In this document: piece by piece, positions 33,273 to 44,431 of the stretch
Numbering within the stretch: position 1 is the first letter of the stretch
How the letters are laid out: each line of letters starts with the position of its first letter
DNA from: a virus
Lineage: Duplodnaviria > Caudoviricetes
Virus record (IMG/VR): IMGVR_UViG_3300028591_000121
Location: 32,001-96,000 of that record
Reading direction: 5' to 3' (one strand)
Length of the DNA: 64,000 nt
Notes under the pieces: generated by a model
Told to the model about the DNA's origin: nothing
The model's database searches: none
The model's input: the letters and a program-made list of their open reading frames with translations, nothing else
Position numbers and translations under genes: made by a program

Positions 33273-35201
33273 ATGGCTATTGCACCAAATTACGAATTAA
33301 GAAGAAAGAACATTAACTTTATCAACAAATTTATTGGTGCTCAGAATACCGCATCAGGTAGCGAAGTAGATGCTAACTCTAATGTCAGCGGAAAGAATAT
33401 CGCTACTATGTCCCCTGAAGTACACAAGAAAGAGAACATAAAAACCAACCGCCTGATGATGTACGATAAGCTGAAGGAAATGTACGGCGAGACTATTGCC
33501 GATAAGTACATTGAACAGCTTGAGAAGCATGAGATTTATACACACGACGAAAGTACTTTCCCTTTTGCGGGTGTTCCTTATTGTGCCTCCATTACTCTGT
33601 ATCCTTATCTGTTTGACGGAATGACAAAGCTCTCCGGCACAACGATTGCTCCGAAGAATCTTGACTCATTCTGCGGTGGGTTTGTAAATCTCGTATTCGC
33701 TGTGGCTGCACAACTTAAAGGTGCGGTTGCTACGCCTGAGTTCCTTTCGTATATGGATTACTTCCTGAGAAAGCAATACGGAGATGATTATTATCTGAGA
33801 GCAAACGACGTGGTTGATTTGTCTAACAGACATGCAACTATCGATATGGTCATCACAGATCATTTCCAACAAGTAGTGTACAGCATTAATCAGCCCGCTG
33901 CTGCTCGTGGTTCCCAGTCAGTTTTTTGGAACGTGGCATATTTCGACAAGTATTATTTTAATGCGCTTTTTGAAGACTTCGTTTTCCCTGACGGTACACC
34001 GATGCAGTGGGAATCCGTTAGTTGGTTGCAGAAGCGGTTTATGAAATGGTTTAACAGAGAGCGACTCAAAGAAGTCTTAACTTTCCCCGTGGAGACCTTA
34101 TCACTTCTTAATGATGGCAAGGATTTCATGGACAAAGAGTGGGCTGACTTTGCTGCCGAGATGTATGCGGAAGGACATAGTTTCTTCACATACACAAGTG
34201 ACAGTGTTGATTCTCTTGCAAGCTGTTGCCGTCTTCGTAACGGTATCACAGAGAACCAGTTCTCATATACTCTTGGTGCTGGCGGTATTTCTACTGGCAG
34301 TAAGTGCGTGATCACGATGAACCTGAACCGTCTTGTTCAGAATAGAATGTGTGAACTCATGGACTGCAAACCGGGTGAAGAAGATATTGGTGAAATCAGA
34401 AGCGATAGTAACTTTGAACAGAACCTTAATGATATCTCTTATGCGGTAACAGAACAGACAAAACTTATCCATATGTATCTTTCCGCATATAATGAGATTG
34501 TTTTGGATATGACCCGTAAACATATGATCTCTATTTATGACGCTGGGTTTATTAGTCCTGAGAAAGAATATCTTACTGTCGGGATTAATGGTGCGGTTGA
34601 AGGTGCTGAGTATCTGGGTATTGACATCAGCAATAACGAGAAGTACAAGGCTTACATTAATGCGATCCTTAAACCTATCTATGAACTAGATAAGAAGGAT
34701 AAAACCGCAGATAGAATGTTTAACTGTGAATTTGTGCCAGCGGAGAACCTTGGAGTTAAGAATGCCAAGTGGGATAAGGAAGATGGATATGAAGTGCCTC
34801 GTCCCTGTTACAACTCTTACTTCTATATTGTAGAAGATGAGAAGACGAACCCAATTGATAAGTTCAGGCTTCACGGCAGAGAATTTACTCAGTACCTTGA
34901 TGGCGGTTCTGCTCTGCACTGTAACCTCAGCGAACATTTGAGTAAAGCCCAGTATGAATTCCTGCTGAGATATGCCATTGTGACGGGTTGTAATTATTTT
35001 ACCTTCAATATCCCCAATACAATCTGTAATGACTGTGGTCATATTTCGAAGCACAAGCTTGAGAGATGTACCAAGTGTGGCTCTGAAAATCTTGACTACG
35101 CTACAAGAGTAATTGGATATCTTACCCGTATCTCAAAGTGGTCTGCCGATAGACAGATCGAACAGGCGAAACGCTACTATGCTCCGTCAAATTGTGTCTG
35201 A
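33273..35201 (+). CDS. nrdD: Anaerobic (class III) ribonucleoside-triphosphate reductase
   Basis: IYTHDE, PYCAS, LTFPV, SCCRL, VPAENL, CNDC/CTKC, TRVIGYL glycyl-radical motif. Confidence 0.95.
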   Translation: MAIAPNYELRRKNINFINKFIGAQNTASGSEVDANSNVSGKNIATMSPEVHKKENIKTNRLMMYDKLKEMYGETIADKYIEQLEKHEIYTHDESTFPFAGVPYCASITLYPYLFDGMTKLSGTTIAPKNLDSFCGGFVNLVFAVAAQLKGAVATPEFLSYMDYFLRKQYGDDYYLRANDVVDLSNRHATIDMVITDHFQQVVYSINQPAAARGSQSVFWNVAYFDKYYFNALFEDFVFPDGTPMQWESVSWLQKRFMKWFNRERLKEVLTFPVETLSLLNDGKDFMDKEWADFAAEMYAEGHSFFTYTSDSVDSLASCCRLRNGITENQFSYTLGAGGISTGSKCVITMNLNRLVQNRMCELMDCKPGEEDIGEIRSDSNFEQNLNDISYAVTEQTKLIHMYLSAYNEIVLDMTRKHMISIYDAGFISPEKEYLTVGINGAVEGAEYLGIDISNNEKYKAYINAILKPIYELDKKDKTADRMFNCEFVPAENLGVKNAKWDKEDGYEVPRPCYNSYFYIVEDEKTNPIDKFRLHGREFTQYLDGGSALHCNLSEHLSKAQYEFLLRYAIVTGCNYFTFNIPNTICNDCGHISKHKLERCTKCGSENLDYATRVIGYLTRISKWSADRQIEQAKRYYAPSNCV

Positions 35202-35222
35202 TAACCGTTAGAGGAGAATGTA

Positions 35223-35717
35223 ATGATTTATTGTGCCGGATATACTGTTTCATTTCAGGAAGTACCAGATGAGGTGAGTCTGGTACTCCTGATTTCTGAT
35301 TGTCAGCATCATTGCCCCGGTTGTCACTCACCAGAGCTTCAGAAGAAAACAGGGAAAGTACTTAGCGAAGAATATATTGACAAGCTTCTTTCTGAATATA
35401 AATCAGGCGTTAGCTGCGTCTGTTTCATGGGAGAAGGGGATAATCTTCCTGAGCTTTGTCGCTACGCTAGATACATTCATTCCGCTTACAATCTGAGGAC
35501 TTGTCTTTATACGGGGACTGATGAGGTGACATGTTTCAGTAAGTGGTTTGACGATATAAATGGAAGTCTTGATTATCTGAAATGCGGGGAATACATTGCC
35601 GATCTTGGTGGGTTGGACTCCCCTACTACGAACCAGAAAATGTATAAGCTTGAAAGATTTGATGGTGAGTTTCGGATGATGAATATTACTTCAAGATTTC
35701 TCAAGAATTACAATTGA
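35223..35717 (+). CDS. nrdG: Anaerobic RNR activating radical-SAM enzyme
   Basis: FQEVPDEVSL, CQHHCPGCHS, FMGEG, LYTG, TTNQK. Confidence 0.92.
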   Translation: MIYCAGYTVSFQEVPDEVSLVLLISDCQHHCPGCHSPELQKKTGKVLSEEYIDKLLSEYKSGVSCVCFMGEGDNLPELCRYARYIHSAYNLRTCLYTGTDEVTCFSKWFDDINGSLDYLKCGEYIADLGGLDSPTTNQKMYKLERFDGEFRMMNITSRFLKNYN

Positions 35718-35878
35718 GGAAACTTATGAATAATACACTTTGCATTAAATAGGGGTTTGTTATGTGGAGAAAGTTTTACGATGGATGGTTTGAATACTAC
35801 TACAATATTGAAACTGGTGAGCGTAAATTCAAACTTGAGCCTAGCGATAAATTGGTGGATTAAATAGGAGGATAAAAC

Positions 35879-36199
35879 ATGAAGGTTATGTTATCTCAGC
35901 CGATGGCTGGAAAGACAGATGAAGAAATCGTAGCAACCAGAGAACGAGCAATAAAAGTGCTTGAAGCGAAGGGCTATGAGGTTGTGAATACCCTGTTCAC
36001 GGATGAATGGTATTCCAATGAAAAGATGAAAGAGCGTGGCGTGGTTCAAATCCCGCTGTGTTTCCTTGCAAAGTCTCTTGAAAACATGAGCCTGTGCCAT
36101 GCAGTCTATTTCTGCAAGGGGTGGGAAAATGCCAGAGGATGTAAGATTGAGCATGATGCCGCTGTCGCATACGGGCTTGAAATCATTTATGAGGAATGA
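35879..36199 (+). CDS. DUF4406 / nucleoside deoxyribosyltransferase-like protein
   Basis: MLSQPMAG, GWENARGCKIEH. Confidence 0.75.
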   Translation: MKVMLSQPMAGKTDEEIVATRERAIKVLEAKGYEVVNTLFTDEWYSNEKMKERGVVQIPLCFLAKSLENMSLCHAVYFCKGWENARGCKIEHDAAVAYGLEIIYEE

Positions 36200-36696
36200 C
36201 ACATGGAAAACAATCTTGAATATTGCGAATGCGAATGTTGCGGAAGGCTTGTGATTTGTAGAAAAATAGATGGCAAAATGTTATGCGACCGATGTTTCAC
36301 AGAATACAAAGTTATTCACTGGAGCAAATCAAAGGACATGTATGACGAAACAAGAGGCTATTAATGAGATTGAAGAATATTTACGTGATGCGGATAAAGC
36401 AATCTCAGAAGACGAAGAGTATATCAGGGGCTGGAAGTCCGCTATGTTAACAGCCCTTGAGATTGTGTATAAATTACAAAGCACCGGGGATGAGGATGAA
36501 TGAGCCTTGACAAAGCTATTAAATACGGCAAGGAACACCGCAAACAGTACTACGGTAGTAAGGCTTTTGATAAGACTTGTCGGAATCACGGAAGCTGTAA
36601 GTGGTGCGAAATGAACAGAAAGCATAAATTCCGTGACAAACATCCGCAGGACAAATATCCGCAGAAAGAAAGTAAGTATGACATGAGGTGAGAAGA

Positions 36697-36948
36697 ATGA
36701 ATGTTGTTGTTATTACGTTGAAGGACGGTAAGGTTGATATTACCAAGGAAGAACTCGAAAAGATGTAGAATGATGCGTATGACAGGGGATATCGTAAAGC
36801 AAAGAATGAGGTATGGGCTATAACCTATCCTACATATCCTTACGTAAGTCCTACTTGTGGGGAGACTGTAACCAACATTACAGTAGACTCCGATAAGATT
36901 ACGCTCAACCCAGATTTGCAAACTCACTCTACTAAGATTACATGTTAA
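36697..36948 (+). CDS. Hypothetical phage protein; in-frame TAG at 36766
   Basis: DGKVDITKEELEKM*NDAYDRGY...; SD GAGGTG; fills a gap in the ORF track. Confidence 0.75.
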
Positions 36949-37118
36949 GGAGAAATGAGAATGGCGGATGAACAAGCATTAAAAGTTGCCAAGACAATAA
37001 GGACTCCGTACATGGAACACCCGGAGAGAGAACTCCGCTATCAACATCTGTGAAATCCATAGGAGTTGCGTGTGATTGAAACTGCACACTCCGCCATCTA
37101 TATTTAAAGGAGATAACT

Positions 37119-37454
37119 ATGAACGATAATATTCTTTAGGGCGTAATGCCCGACGCTCCCGTCGTAGAAAATGAACAGGGTGGCAAGCAGTCTGCTTCGC
37201 CGTATGCATTCGAATTGCTCCCGCCTTCTGCTCTTTTGGCGGCTGCCGAGGTTGCCAGACAGGGAGCAGATAAGTACGGTGAGACTTTAGAAAGTAGGAA
37301 CTATACAAAAATTCCCTACGAATCCCATCTCAACCATGCAATCGCCCACATCTATGCATATCTCGCAGGAGACAGAAGTGACGAACATCTTGCCCATGCT
37401 ATCGTAAGACTTATGTTTGCTTATGATACTCGTCCTGAGAAAGTTGGTCTATAA
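37119..37454 (+). CDS. dATP/dGTP diphosphohydrolase-domain (DUF5664-like) protein; in-frame TAG at 37137
   Basis: FELLPPSALL, GADKYG..RNY, HLNHAIAH, EHLAHA; SD AAAGGAG precedes ATG 37119. Confidence 0.72.
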
Positions 37455-37456
37455 GA

Positions 37457-38005
37457 ATGGATATGGAATAGACAACAGGACAAGTATCCGCATATGAGAA
37501 TGAGTCCCCAACCATCCTGCTTTTCTGTGCGGATTAGTCCCTGAGATGCCCAGGGTTTGCGTAGCTTGAGTTTAATAAGGAAACAAAAGAAGTAAAGCTA
37601 CTCCGCAAATCCAATGTAGATAATCATGGAGCGAGGAAAGCACACGGACAGATGCTGGCTGAGATAGCCTAGGAAATCAAGAGCTATCTCAAGTCCGCAG
37701 AAGGAATGGTACTAGTTAGAGAGCGGGGGTTCTACAGAACTCCGAATGAAACGATAGCTCTGGCTAAGGTCGCTGGGATTGCAGACCTTTATGCGTACAG
37801 TTATAAACAGGCAACCTTCGACGAGATCGCCCCGGTGTCCATCAAGAAGACAGTGACGGGCAACCATAAAGCAGACAAGGATGAGGTGGCTCGTTGTGTT
37901 GAAAGGTACGTTGGAGTACAGCAGTATAAGACCGATGATGAGTCTGATGCTGTAGCCGTGGGGATCGCTTGGCTGATCCAACAGGGATACCTAGAGAAAA
38001 TTTAA
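37457..38005 (+). CDS. ruvC: RuvC-like Holliday junction resolvase; in-frame TAGs at 37469, 37535, 37562, 37670
   Basis: LFCAD*SLRCPGFA (first catalytic Asp lies upstream of three TAGs), VRE, PVSIKKTVTGNHKADK, DDESDAVAVG. Confidence 0.85.
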
Positions 38006-38011
38006 TAGGGC

Positions 38012-38045
38012 GGTTAATTTCCCTAGAAAAAGGGAGCGTTATATA
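38012..38045 (+). promoter_or_regulatory. Phage-specific promoter motif, copy 3
   Basis: GGTTAA-tttccctagaaaaagggag-CGTTATATA. Confidence 0.7.
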
Positions 38046-38050
38046 TAGTG

Positions 38051-38078
38051 AGGAGCGAGTGAAAACCCGCTCCTTTTT
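38051..38078 (+). terminator. Intrinsic terminator-like hairpin
   Basis: AGGAGCG...CGCTCCT followed by T-tract. Confidence 0.7.
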
Positions 38079-38114
38079 CTTATCTAAAAACACGGGAGAA
38101 AGGGGGCTGCGTGG

Positions 38115-38324
38115 ATGACGAACATGGAAGCGTTCAAGCGACTGACGCTCGATACCGTTGACCCAGTGATCTTTATGGAATGGTAGTGTTCAGTACAGAA
38201 GTCCTGCGACGGATGCAAGTTCAAAGAACGTAAGCCCGAATGGTACACAGGGCCTTGCATCTGGTACTGGTAGGAACAGGAATTTGAAACAGGAGTTGAC
38301 GATCTTGAACGAACGGATGATTAA
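38115..38324 (+). CDS. Small Cys-containing phage protein; in-frame TAGs at 38184, 38271
   Basis: MTNMEAF...FMEW*CS..SCDGC...CIWYW*EQE matches the recalled MTN...EWLC...WL(Q/E)xE family. Confidence 0.78.
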
Positions 38325-39291
38325 CCTCTTTACCCACACAGATCTTGATGGCTTGGGATGTTCCGTACTGATACATCTGCATGCTGCCCAGACCTATAAC
38401 ACTTCCCTCTCCGTTGCCTATTGTGACTACGACAATATTAATAAGAAGGTTTCCGACTTTATTGATCTGCTTGTGATGAGCGACGAAGCCGGAGTAACCA
38501 AGCCGACTCATAGGGAAATCATTATTACCGATCTCAGTCTCGACGAAGAGACCGCCAAGAAACTGGATGACTACTGCCTTGCCCATTCCTTCACGACAAC
38601 GATCCATCTTCTCGACCATCATAAGACGGCTGAGTGGATGAGCGAGAAGTATCCCTGGGCATACGTGAATACTCATCCTGAAGTCTGCGGTACATCCCTT
38701 GTCTACGACAAATATTTCCATCAGTGTCTCGACGCTCTGGATGAGTTTGTGAATGCGGTGAGTCTCTACGATACATGGCGGTTCGACCAGAACAAGCTCT
38801 GCCTTTCCAAGCAGTTGAACTATCTCGCTTATCTGTATGAGCATGAGGAGTTTGTAAATTACGCTATCGGTCAGATTGTTAACACTGATGCGTATGGGAT
38901 GAGGATTTGCAGTCCGCACTTTGTTCTGTCTGACGAACTCTGGGGCATTACCTACAGTTACGATCAGCGGGTTCAGAAGTACATTGATCAGCGGGTTGCT
39001 CAGTCAAATACCATCTTCGTCAACAACTACTATTCCGTAGCAGTTGCTACAGCCTCTGGTCATTATTCTCAGATCGGAAATAAGTTGGTTGAGAAGTATC
39101 CCGATGCCGACTTTGCGATTGTTCTGGATTTTGAGAACGGCAAGGCTCATCTGCGTGGCGGAGAGAAATGCCCTAATCTTGGAGAGTTTGCCAAGAAGTA
39201 CGGCGGTGGCGGACATCCTAAAGCGGCTTCGTTCCCGTTTGCGATTGACGATCATGACATCAAGGACATCCTGTTCCGTGACAATATTTAA
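38317..39291 (+). CDS. DHH/DHHA1 phosphoesterase (NrnB-like)
   Basis: THTDLDG, IITDLS, LLDHHKT, YDTW, GGGGHPKAA. Confidence 0.9.
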   Translation: MINLFTHTDLDGLGCSVLIHLHAAQTYNTSLSVAYCDYDNINKKVSDFIDLLVMSDEAGVTKPTHREIIITDLSLDEETAKKLDDYCLAHSFTTTIHLLDHHKTAEWMSEKYPWAYVNTHPEVCGTSLVYDKYFHQCLDALDEFVNAVSLYDTWRFDQNKLCLSKQLNYLAYLYEHEEFVNYAIGQIVNTDAYGMRICSPHFVLSDELWGITYSYDQRVQKYIDQRVAQSNTIFVNNYYSVAVATASGHYSQIGNKLVEKYPDADFAIVLDFENGKAHLRGGEKCPNLGEFAKKYGGGGHPKAASFPFAIDDHDIKDILFRDNI

Positions 39292-39306
39292 AAAGGAAGT
39301 AAAAAG

Positions 39307-40008
39307 ATGAAGCTTGGAAGTTTGTTCGATGGATCAGGGGGATTTCCTCTTGCTGGGACTATGAACGGCATTGAGCCTGTCTGGGCTTCGGAGATTGAAC
39401 CGTATCCGATCAGTGTTACTTCTGCGAGGTTTCCGCATATGAAACACCTTGGAGACATTACCAAGATCGACGGGTCTCAGATTGAGCCAGTGGATATCGT
39501 CTGCTTCGGGAGTCCGTGTCAGGATATTTCCACTGCCGGAAAGATGGTGGGGTTGCAGGACGGAAAGCGTTCCAGTCTTTTCTTTGAAGCAATCCGCATC
39601 ATAAAAGAAATGAGGGATGCAACTAATGGAGAGTATCCAAAATATGTCTGCTTCGAAAACGTGCCGGGAATCTTCTCGTCCAACAAAGGCGAAGACTTCC
39701 GTGCGGCTCTCGAAAACTTCTGCTCGATCAAAGGCGGAGAAGTTTCAATTCCTCTCCCTGAAAAAGGGAAGTGGCAACCAGCGGGAGCCATCATGGGAGA
39801 TGGGTACACAGTGGCTTGGCGGACAGTCAATGCAGTTTACTGGGGAACACCCCAGCGTAGACGTAGAGTGTACGCTCTCATCAATCTTACAGACGGATCT
39901 GCCGAATCTTGCTCGTTACTGTTTGAGCAAGAGAGCATGCCAGGGAATTCTCCGACGGTCGAGGGAACGTGGGAAAACGCTTCCCGATATGTTGCGAGAA
40001 GCACTTGA
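39307..40008 (+). CDS. DNA (cytosine-5) methyltransferase, N-terminal polypeptide (motifs I-VIII)
   Basis: SLFDGSGG, GSPCQD, FENVPG, PQRRRR; ends in TGA. Confidence 0.9.
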   Translation: MKLGSLFDGSGGFPLAGTMNGIEPVWASEIEPYPISVTSARFPHMKHLGDITKIDGSQIEPVDIVCFGSPCQDISTAGKMVGLQDGKRSSLFFEAIRIIKEMRDATNGEYPKYVCFENVPGIFSSNKGEDFRAALENFCSIKGGEVSIPLPEKGKWQPAGAIMGDGYTVAWRTVNAVYWGTPQRRRRVYALINLTDGSAESCSLLFEQESMPGNSPTVEGTWENASRYVARST

Positions 40009-40051
40009 AGAGGTGGTCAACGATGGAGAAGAAGAAGGTAATCAGCCTTGA
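39617..40051 (+). CDS. Alternative-frame methyltransferase beta-like polypeptide (M.EcoHK31I beta type); start uncertain
   Basis: GEHPSVDVECTLSSILQ...YCLSKRACQGILRRSRERGKTLP. Confidence 0.7.
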   Translation: MQLMESIQNMSASKTCRESSRPTKAKTSVRLSKTSARSKAEKFQFLSLKKGSGNQREPSWEMGTQWLGGQSMQFTGEHPSVDVECTLSSILQTDLPNLARYCLSKRACQGILRRSRERGKTLPDMLREALEEVVNDGEEEGNQP

Positions 40052-41102
40052 AGGTAACGGCTCACGCCCTTCCCATCGTGGCACAGGCTACTCTGAAAGC
40101 GGAGAGATGTTCACGCTGAACACGATTGACCGACACGCAGTTTGTTACCCTGTTGATTCTCACCCGATGGACGGAAGAATCAGTATTGCGGAAGACGGTG
40201 TAGTCCCAACGCTGACTGATAAGTTGAGGAAAGGGAGCGCAGATGGGCCTTTGGTTCTGATCTACCGCCCTACATCCTGCAACTGTACGGGCTACGAAGA
40301 ATCCGAAACTTCCGCAAGCCTCACTACTAAATACCATTACGGTCAGGGCGGAGACGCTGCGTTGATTGTACAAAGGAGTCCAGATGAGATGAAATCATAT
40401 GCCGTAGAAAACCATCCCGCTGACAGCAGAGTAAAGATTTGTGAAGACGATAAAGTCCAGACCCTCTCCTCAAGGATGGGGACTGGTGGAAATAATGTCC
40501 CGCTTGTGATGCATGTGAGAGAGGGAGAAGAAGACATGGAATACTACGATATGCAACGGATTGGAGAGTACGGTAACAGCGGAACAGCAAGCACTCTCAA
40601 ACAGCGGGACTATAAAGATCATACCGATCTGATCGTCGATAAGAATAAGGATCGTAAATATATTATCCGCCGTCTTACGCCAACGGAGTGTGCAAGACTT
40701 CAGGGTTTCCCTGACTGGTGGACAGAAGGAGTCAAGGGTTCTGATTCAGCGGAGTATCGCATGTGGGGCAACGGTGTCTGTCTTCAGAATTGCTTTTATA
40801 TCTTGAACCGCATCGTGGAATATGAGAAGCGGAAGCAGAATTCTCCCGGCGTGAAAGAAACTCCTTACGCCCTTTATAAATTCAGCGGATATATGGGTGA
40901 GCTTCCGACTGATCCTAATAAGTATCTGCTGATCGCCGGAAACGTAGCAGACGATGACGAAGCCTGTAAACTTATCCGCAAGAGAGAAGACACTATCCCC
41001 TATCTCCGAATGATGGGGCCGGATATGGACACAGGAAGCTACTGGTTCGACTTCGGTTCTTACACACAATTCTATCTGCTGACTAAGAATTATCTGGGGT
41101 GA
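40023..41102 (+). CDS. Methyltransferase C-terminal polypeptide (TRD repeats, motifs IX-X) plus extra domain
   Basis: SD GAGGTG; repeated PTL/TL units; IRRLTPTECARLQGFPDWW; YRMWGNGV. Confidence 0.85.
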   Translation: MEKKKVISLEGNGSRPSHRGTGYSESGEMFTLNTIDRHAVCYPVDSHPMDGRISIAEDGVVPTLTDKLRKGSADGPLVLIYRPTSCNCTGYEESETSASLTTKYHYGQGGDAALIVQRSPDEMKSYAVENHPADSRVKICEDDKVQTLSSRMGTGGNNVPLVMHVREGEEDMEYYDMQRIGEYGNSGTASTLKQRDYKDHTDLIVDKNKDRKYIIRRLTPTECARLQGFPDWWTEGVKGSDSAEYRMWGNGVCLQNCFYILNRIVEYEKRKQNSPGVKETPYALYKFSGYMGELPTDPNKYLLIAGNVADDDEACKLIRKREDTIPYLRMMGPDMDTGSYWFDFGSYTQFYLLTKNYLG

Positions 41103-43939
41103 TGAGAATGGAAACAACATTCGATTACACGACGAAAGAGGTTGCTTACTTCTCCTCTGATGAGAACCGTTGGATCAAGAAGATCAGGAGTCTCGCTGAA
41201 CAGTATCCTGATCTCGTGCGGATTACTCAGAACCCAGAAACAAATGATCACTGTATTTGTGCAGAAGTTCCTGTTTCCTGGTTCAAACTTTCTCCCCCTA
41301 GGAAAGTATTAGTCGACGATAAAGGACGAGCAGATCGTATCAGAAACTTACAACTCGCCAGAGAAAAGAAGGCAGAAAAGAAAGCCAGAGAAGGAGCGGG
41401 GCAATGACAGTAACCACTTACACGGCAAGGGGAAACAATTCCGCTATTAAAGTTCGTAGGCTGCCCAAAAAAGTTCTGCTGAATAATCTCTACTTCAGGT
41501 ACGACAAGGGCGAGAAAGCTTATATCTACGAACAGGACTTGAAGAGTGCACCGGGACATGTGTTCTGTTTCTGCATTTACAGTGACGGAGAGTGGTTCAT
41601 CAGAGTCTACGATGGATACGGTAATACATCTCATTATCAAGATGTGCTGCGTGATCTGGTTGACTCGTCACCGACTGAGTACAGACAGGCGATGCGTATC
41701 AGGCGTGAAGTTGAACAAATAATGACATGGCTTACTGTTCAGCGGGTTATTACAGGACATGTTCCGGGGGCGATTATATGATTGAGAAAACGATCTACAT
41801 TACAGATGACGGGCAGGAGTTCGAGGACGAGGACGAAGCCAGAAAACACGAGAACAGCAGTTTCCTGAATCGTGTCCATGTTGCGTTTCTGGGCGAAGAC
41901 AAGAAACCTTCAAATTATGCAGACATTAACGACACAAGCATTATTATTATCTGCGATATATCAGATGAAGATTTGAGTACGCTATATAAAATTCTCGAAG
42001 ACGAGATTGGTTATGACATGAGTCGGTGGATGTTTACTCCGCATTCATTGATTTACTGGGATAAGTACAAAGATAAATGGACTGCATGGGGAGCGGAAAG
42101 CGAAGCACAACTTTCGTATCTTCAGTCTCTTAAAGAACTGTACGAGAAGGTGAAGCCTGATGGAGACACGTAAAGAGATTTACTGCAACATCTACGGTGG
42201 TTGGGAGAAGGCTAAAGTCCAGAACGAGAAGCGGGTTTACTGCTCCCACTCCGATGAATGTTCTTTGTATCAGAAGGGAATGTGCGCTGGGCTTCCGGGA
42301 ATCTTCAAGTCTGATTGTCCGTATAGTCGAATTGAGACTTATCCAGGCTATTCACAGAGAGCCATGAAGTATACCGATTGGGCTAAGTCAATTAAGGAGC
42401 GGGATACTTTTAATGCTTTGAAACCTACGACTGGGTACTATATCGCAACCGTAGGAACAAAGATGATGAGTACGATGTACTGCGGAATCTACTACGATGA
42501 GGAGTACAAAAGGTGGAAGGGGCCGAATCTGTTTGGTGGATTGACTACAGTTCTTGAGTGGGAAGAGGTTACTTCCGAGCTTCTGTATCAGCTATACAAA
42601 TATGCTCCATTTTCCATTTTTGATTCCGCTCCAGTAAAAGGTTGGCAAGACCATCGGAAAGTCTGGTTCAATGTTCTCGCTCACACATATCCTGAGAAGT
42701 ATAAACAGTTCCTTGCGGATTACCCCGATGTTGATCTGAGCTACAGCCACATCGGTATGAGAGCTAAGATCGGCGAACTGAGAGATGGAGCGGTATTCAA
42801 ATCCGGCAACAACACATGGACAATTACTGGGGATAAGGTTGTTTGTGATGATTATCACGGCGGACTGTATGCGTTCTATGGAGCTGCCCCTAGCACACGC
42901 TATGAACTGACTTGTAACCTGGCGGATATCGCAGAGATTCCGATCACGATTACGAGTGACGATCAGGTAGATGAAGAGACAACCTACCTTTAAGGAGAGT
43001 TTATGGATGACAATTACGCTTGGTATCACGAGTTAAAATATCAAATCCATCAATGGAAATCGACCTTTTATCTGAAGTTGAGCGGTGTATTCATTAAAAT
43101 TGCTTCCTTCTTTTCCGACGCTGCGGACAAACATATTGAGGGCATGAAAGAGTATGCCGCGATGTTGAAAAGATCCGCTATGAAAAAGGAGATGATTAAG
43201 TGGATTACACAGAAAGAGTCGACGGATTCCAAATCAGAGACCTCACCTACTTCTTCCCAAGAAAAGAGCGGGAAACACGGATAAAGAACTTCGATATTGT
43301 GAAGTGGCAAAGCTTCAGTACTCCGCATAAAACGTTTGCCTATAATGACAAGACCAACAAGATTGAGGATACAATGGTTAATGAGAGTTGCTACTCAATA
43401 GCTACTCTGGACTGGAATGAGAAAGAAGACGATTTCGAACTGAATCCAGTCGGCTTGAGAATATTCACATCAGGACTTACTCAAGCTGCGATGGATATGA
43501 TTGTGCGGTTTGCAAAAGTAAAGGCTAGGGAGCTTCAGAGCGATGGCTAACAGACGAGTAACCAACTGCCCCAACTGTGGGGGTCCGCTTCCTGTCAGCG
43601 GATTGAAGTGTCAGTTCTGCGGAACAAGAGTTGTTGATTTGACAATGATTGATTTCGAAGAAAAAGATCCAACGATGTATGTGTTCAGGTTACCGAGCCG
43701 CATGGTTACACAGACAGGAGTCGGCGAAGGATACTATTACTTCTCAGTCTGGGCTAGACCAGAATTGCTCAACCTCAACAATGAGTGTGAGACTAGAGAA
43801 GTTACTGCGATAGGGCCTACAGGGGTAGAGCATTTTTCTCTCCCAACAAAGAGATCAGTATCTTTCGACCTGACGTTGAAGGCTTATGAAAATCCTGAGA
43901 CTCGTGAGATATTCAAGGTTTTATACAAGGAGTAAAGAT

Positions 43940-44431
43940 ATGGTAAAGATTGTGAAACATACTGAGGGAGACACCCGGACAGCGACAAAAATTCCTACGA
44001 TTACCGAGTTCAATGAAGCGAATGAATCGCATTACCGTGATGTAAACAACGTCGCAAAAAGGTTCTGGGAGATGGCAACAAAGCAATTCTCGTCGCACGA
44101 TCATACGAAGCGGTTTGACCCTGAGCGCAGCGAGTTCTACCGTGACCTGTGTTCCGCAATTGACGGGATGCTGAAATTCGACAAAGGGACATGGTATCCC
44201 AAGCACTGCAAACTGGAACGCCATCATCTCGACGAGAATGTTCCGCTGGGAGTAAACATGATCGACGTACTCGAAATGATTTTTGACCGTGTTGCTGCGG
44301 GGATGGCAAGAGGGGGTACGATCTACCCCATCAAACTCCCAGAAGATGTTCTTAACCAGGCTATCCAGAATACGGTTGAGATACTTAAAGATGAGATTGA
44401 GGTAGTCGATGGCGAACACGACAAGTCTTAA
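43940..44431 (+). CDS. HD-domain DUF5662-like protein
   Basis: HDHTK, HCKLERHH, DVLEMIFD. Confidence 0.6.
   Translation: MVKIVKHTEGDTRTATKIPTITEFNEANESHYRDVNNVAKRFWEMATKQFSSHDHTKRFDPERSEFYRDLCSAIDGMLKFDKGTWYPKHCKLERHHLDENVPLGVNMIDVLEMIFDRVAAGMARGGTIYPIKLPEDVLNQAIQNTVEILKDEIEVVDGEHDKS

Noticed and set aside
35726-35863. Further TAG read-through at 35750
   Set aside because: The downstream ATG at 35762 has its own plausible SD, so this is ambiguous and was not counted.
37119-37454. Diaminopurine (Z) or deazaguanine genome modification
   Set aside because: No purZ, dpdA or que-like genes in this window; one diphosphohydrolase-like gene is insufficient.
31021-38324. Pseudogenes of a decaying prophage, or sequencing errors
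   Set aside because: All interruptions are TAG, with no internal TAA/TGA or frameshifts in these genes, and TAG is absent as a true terminator.
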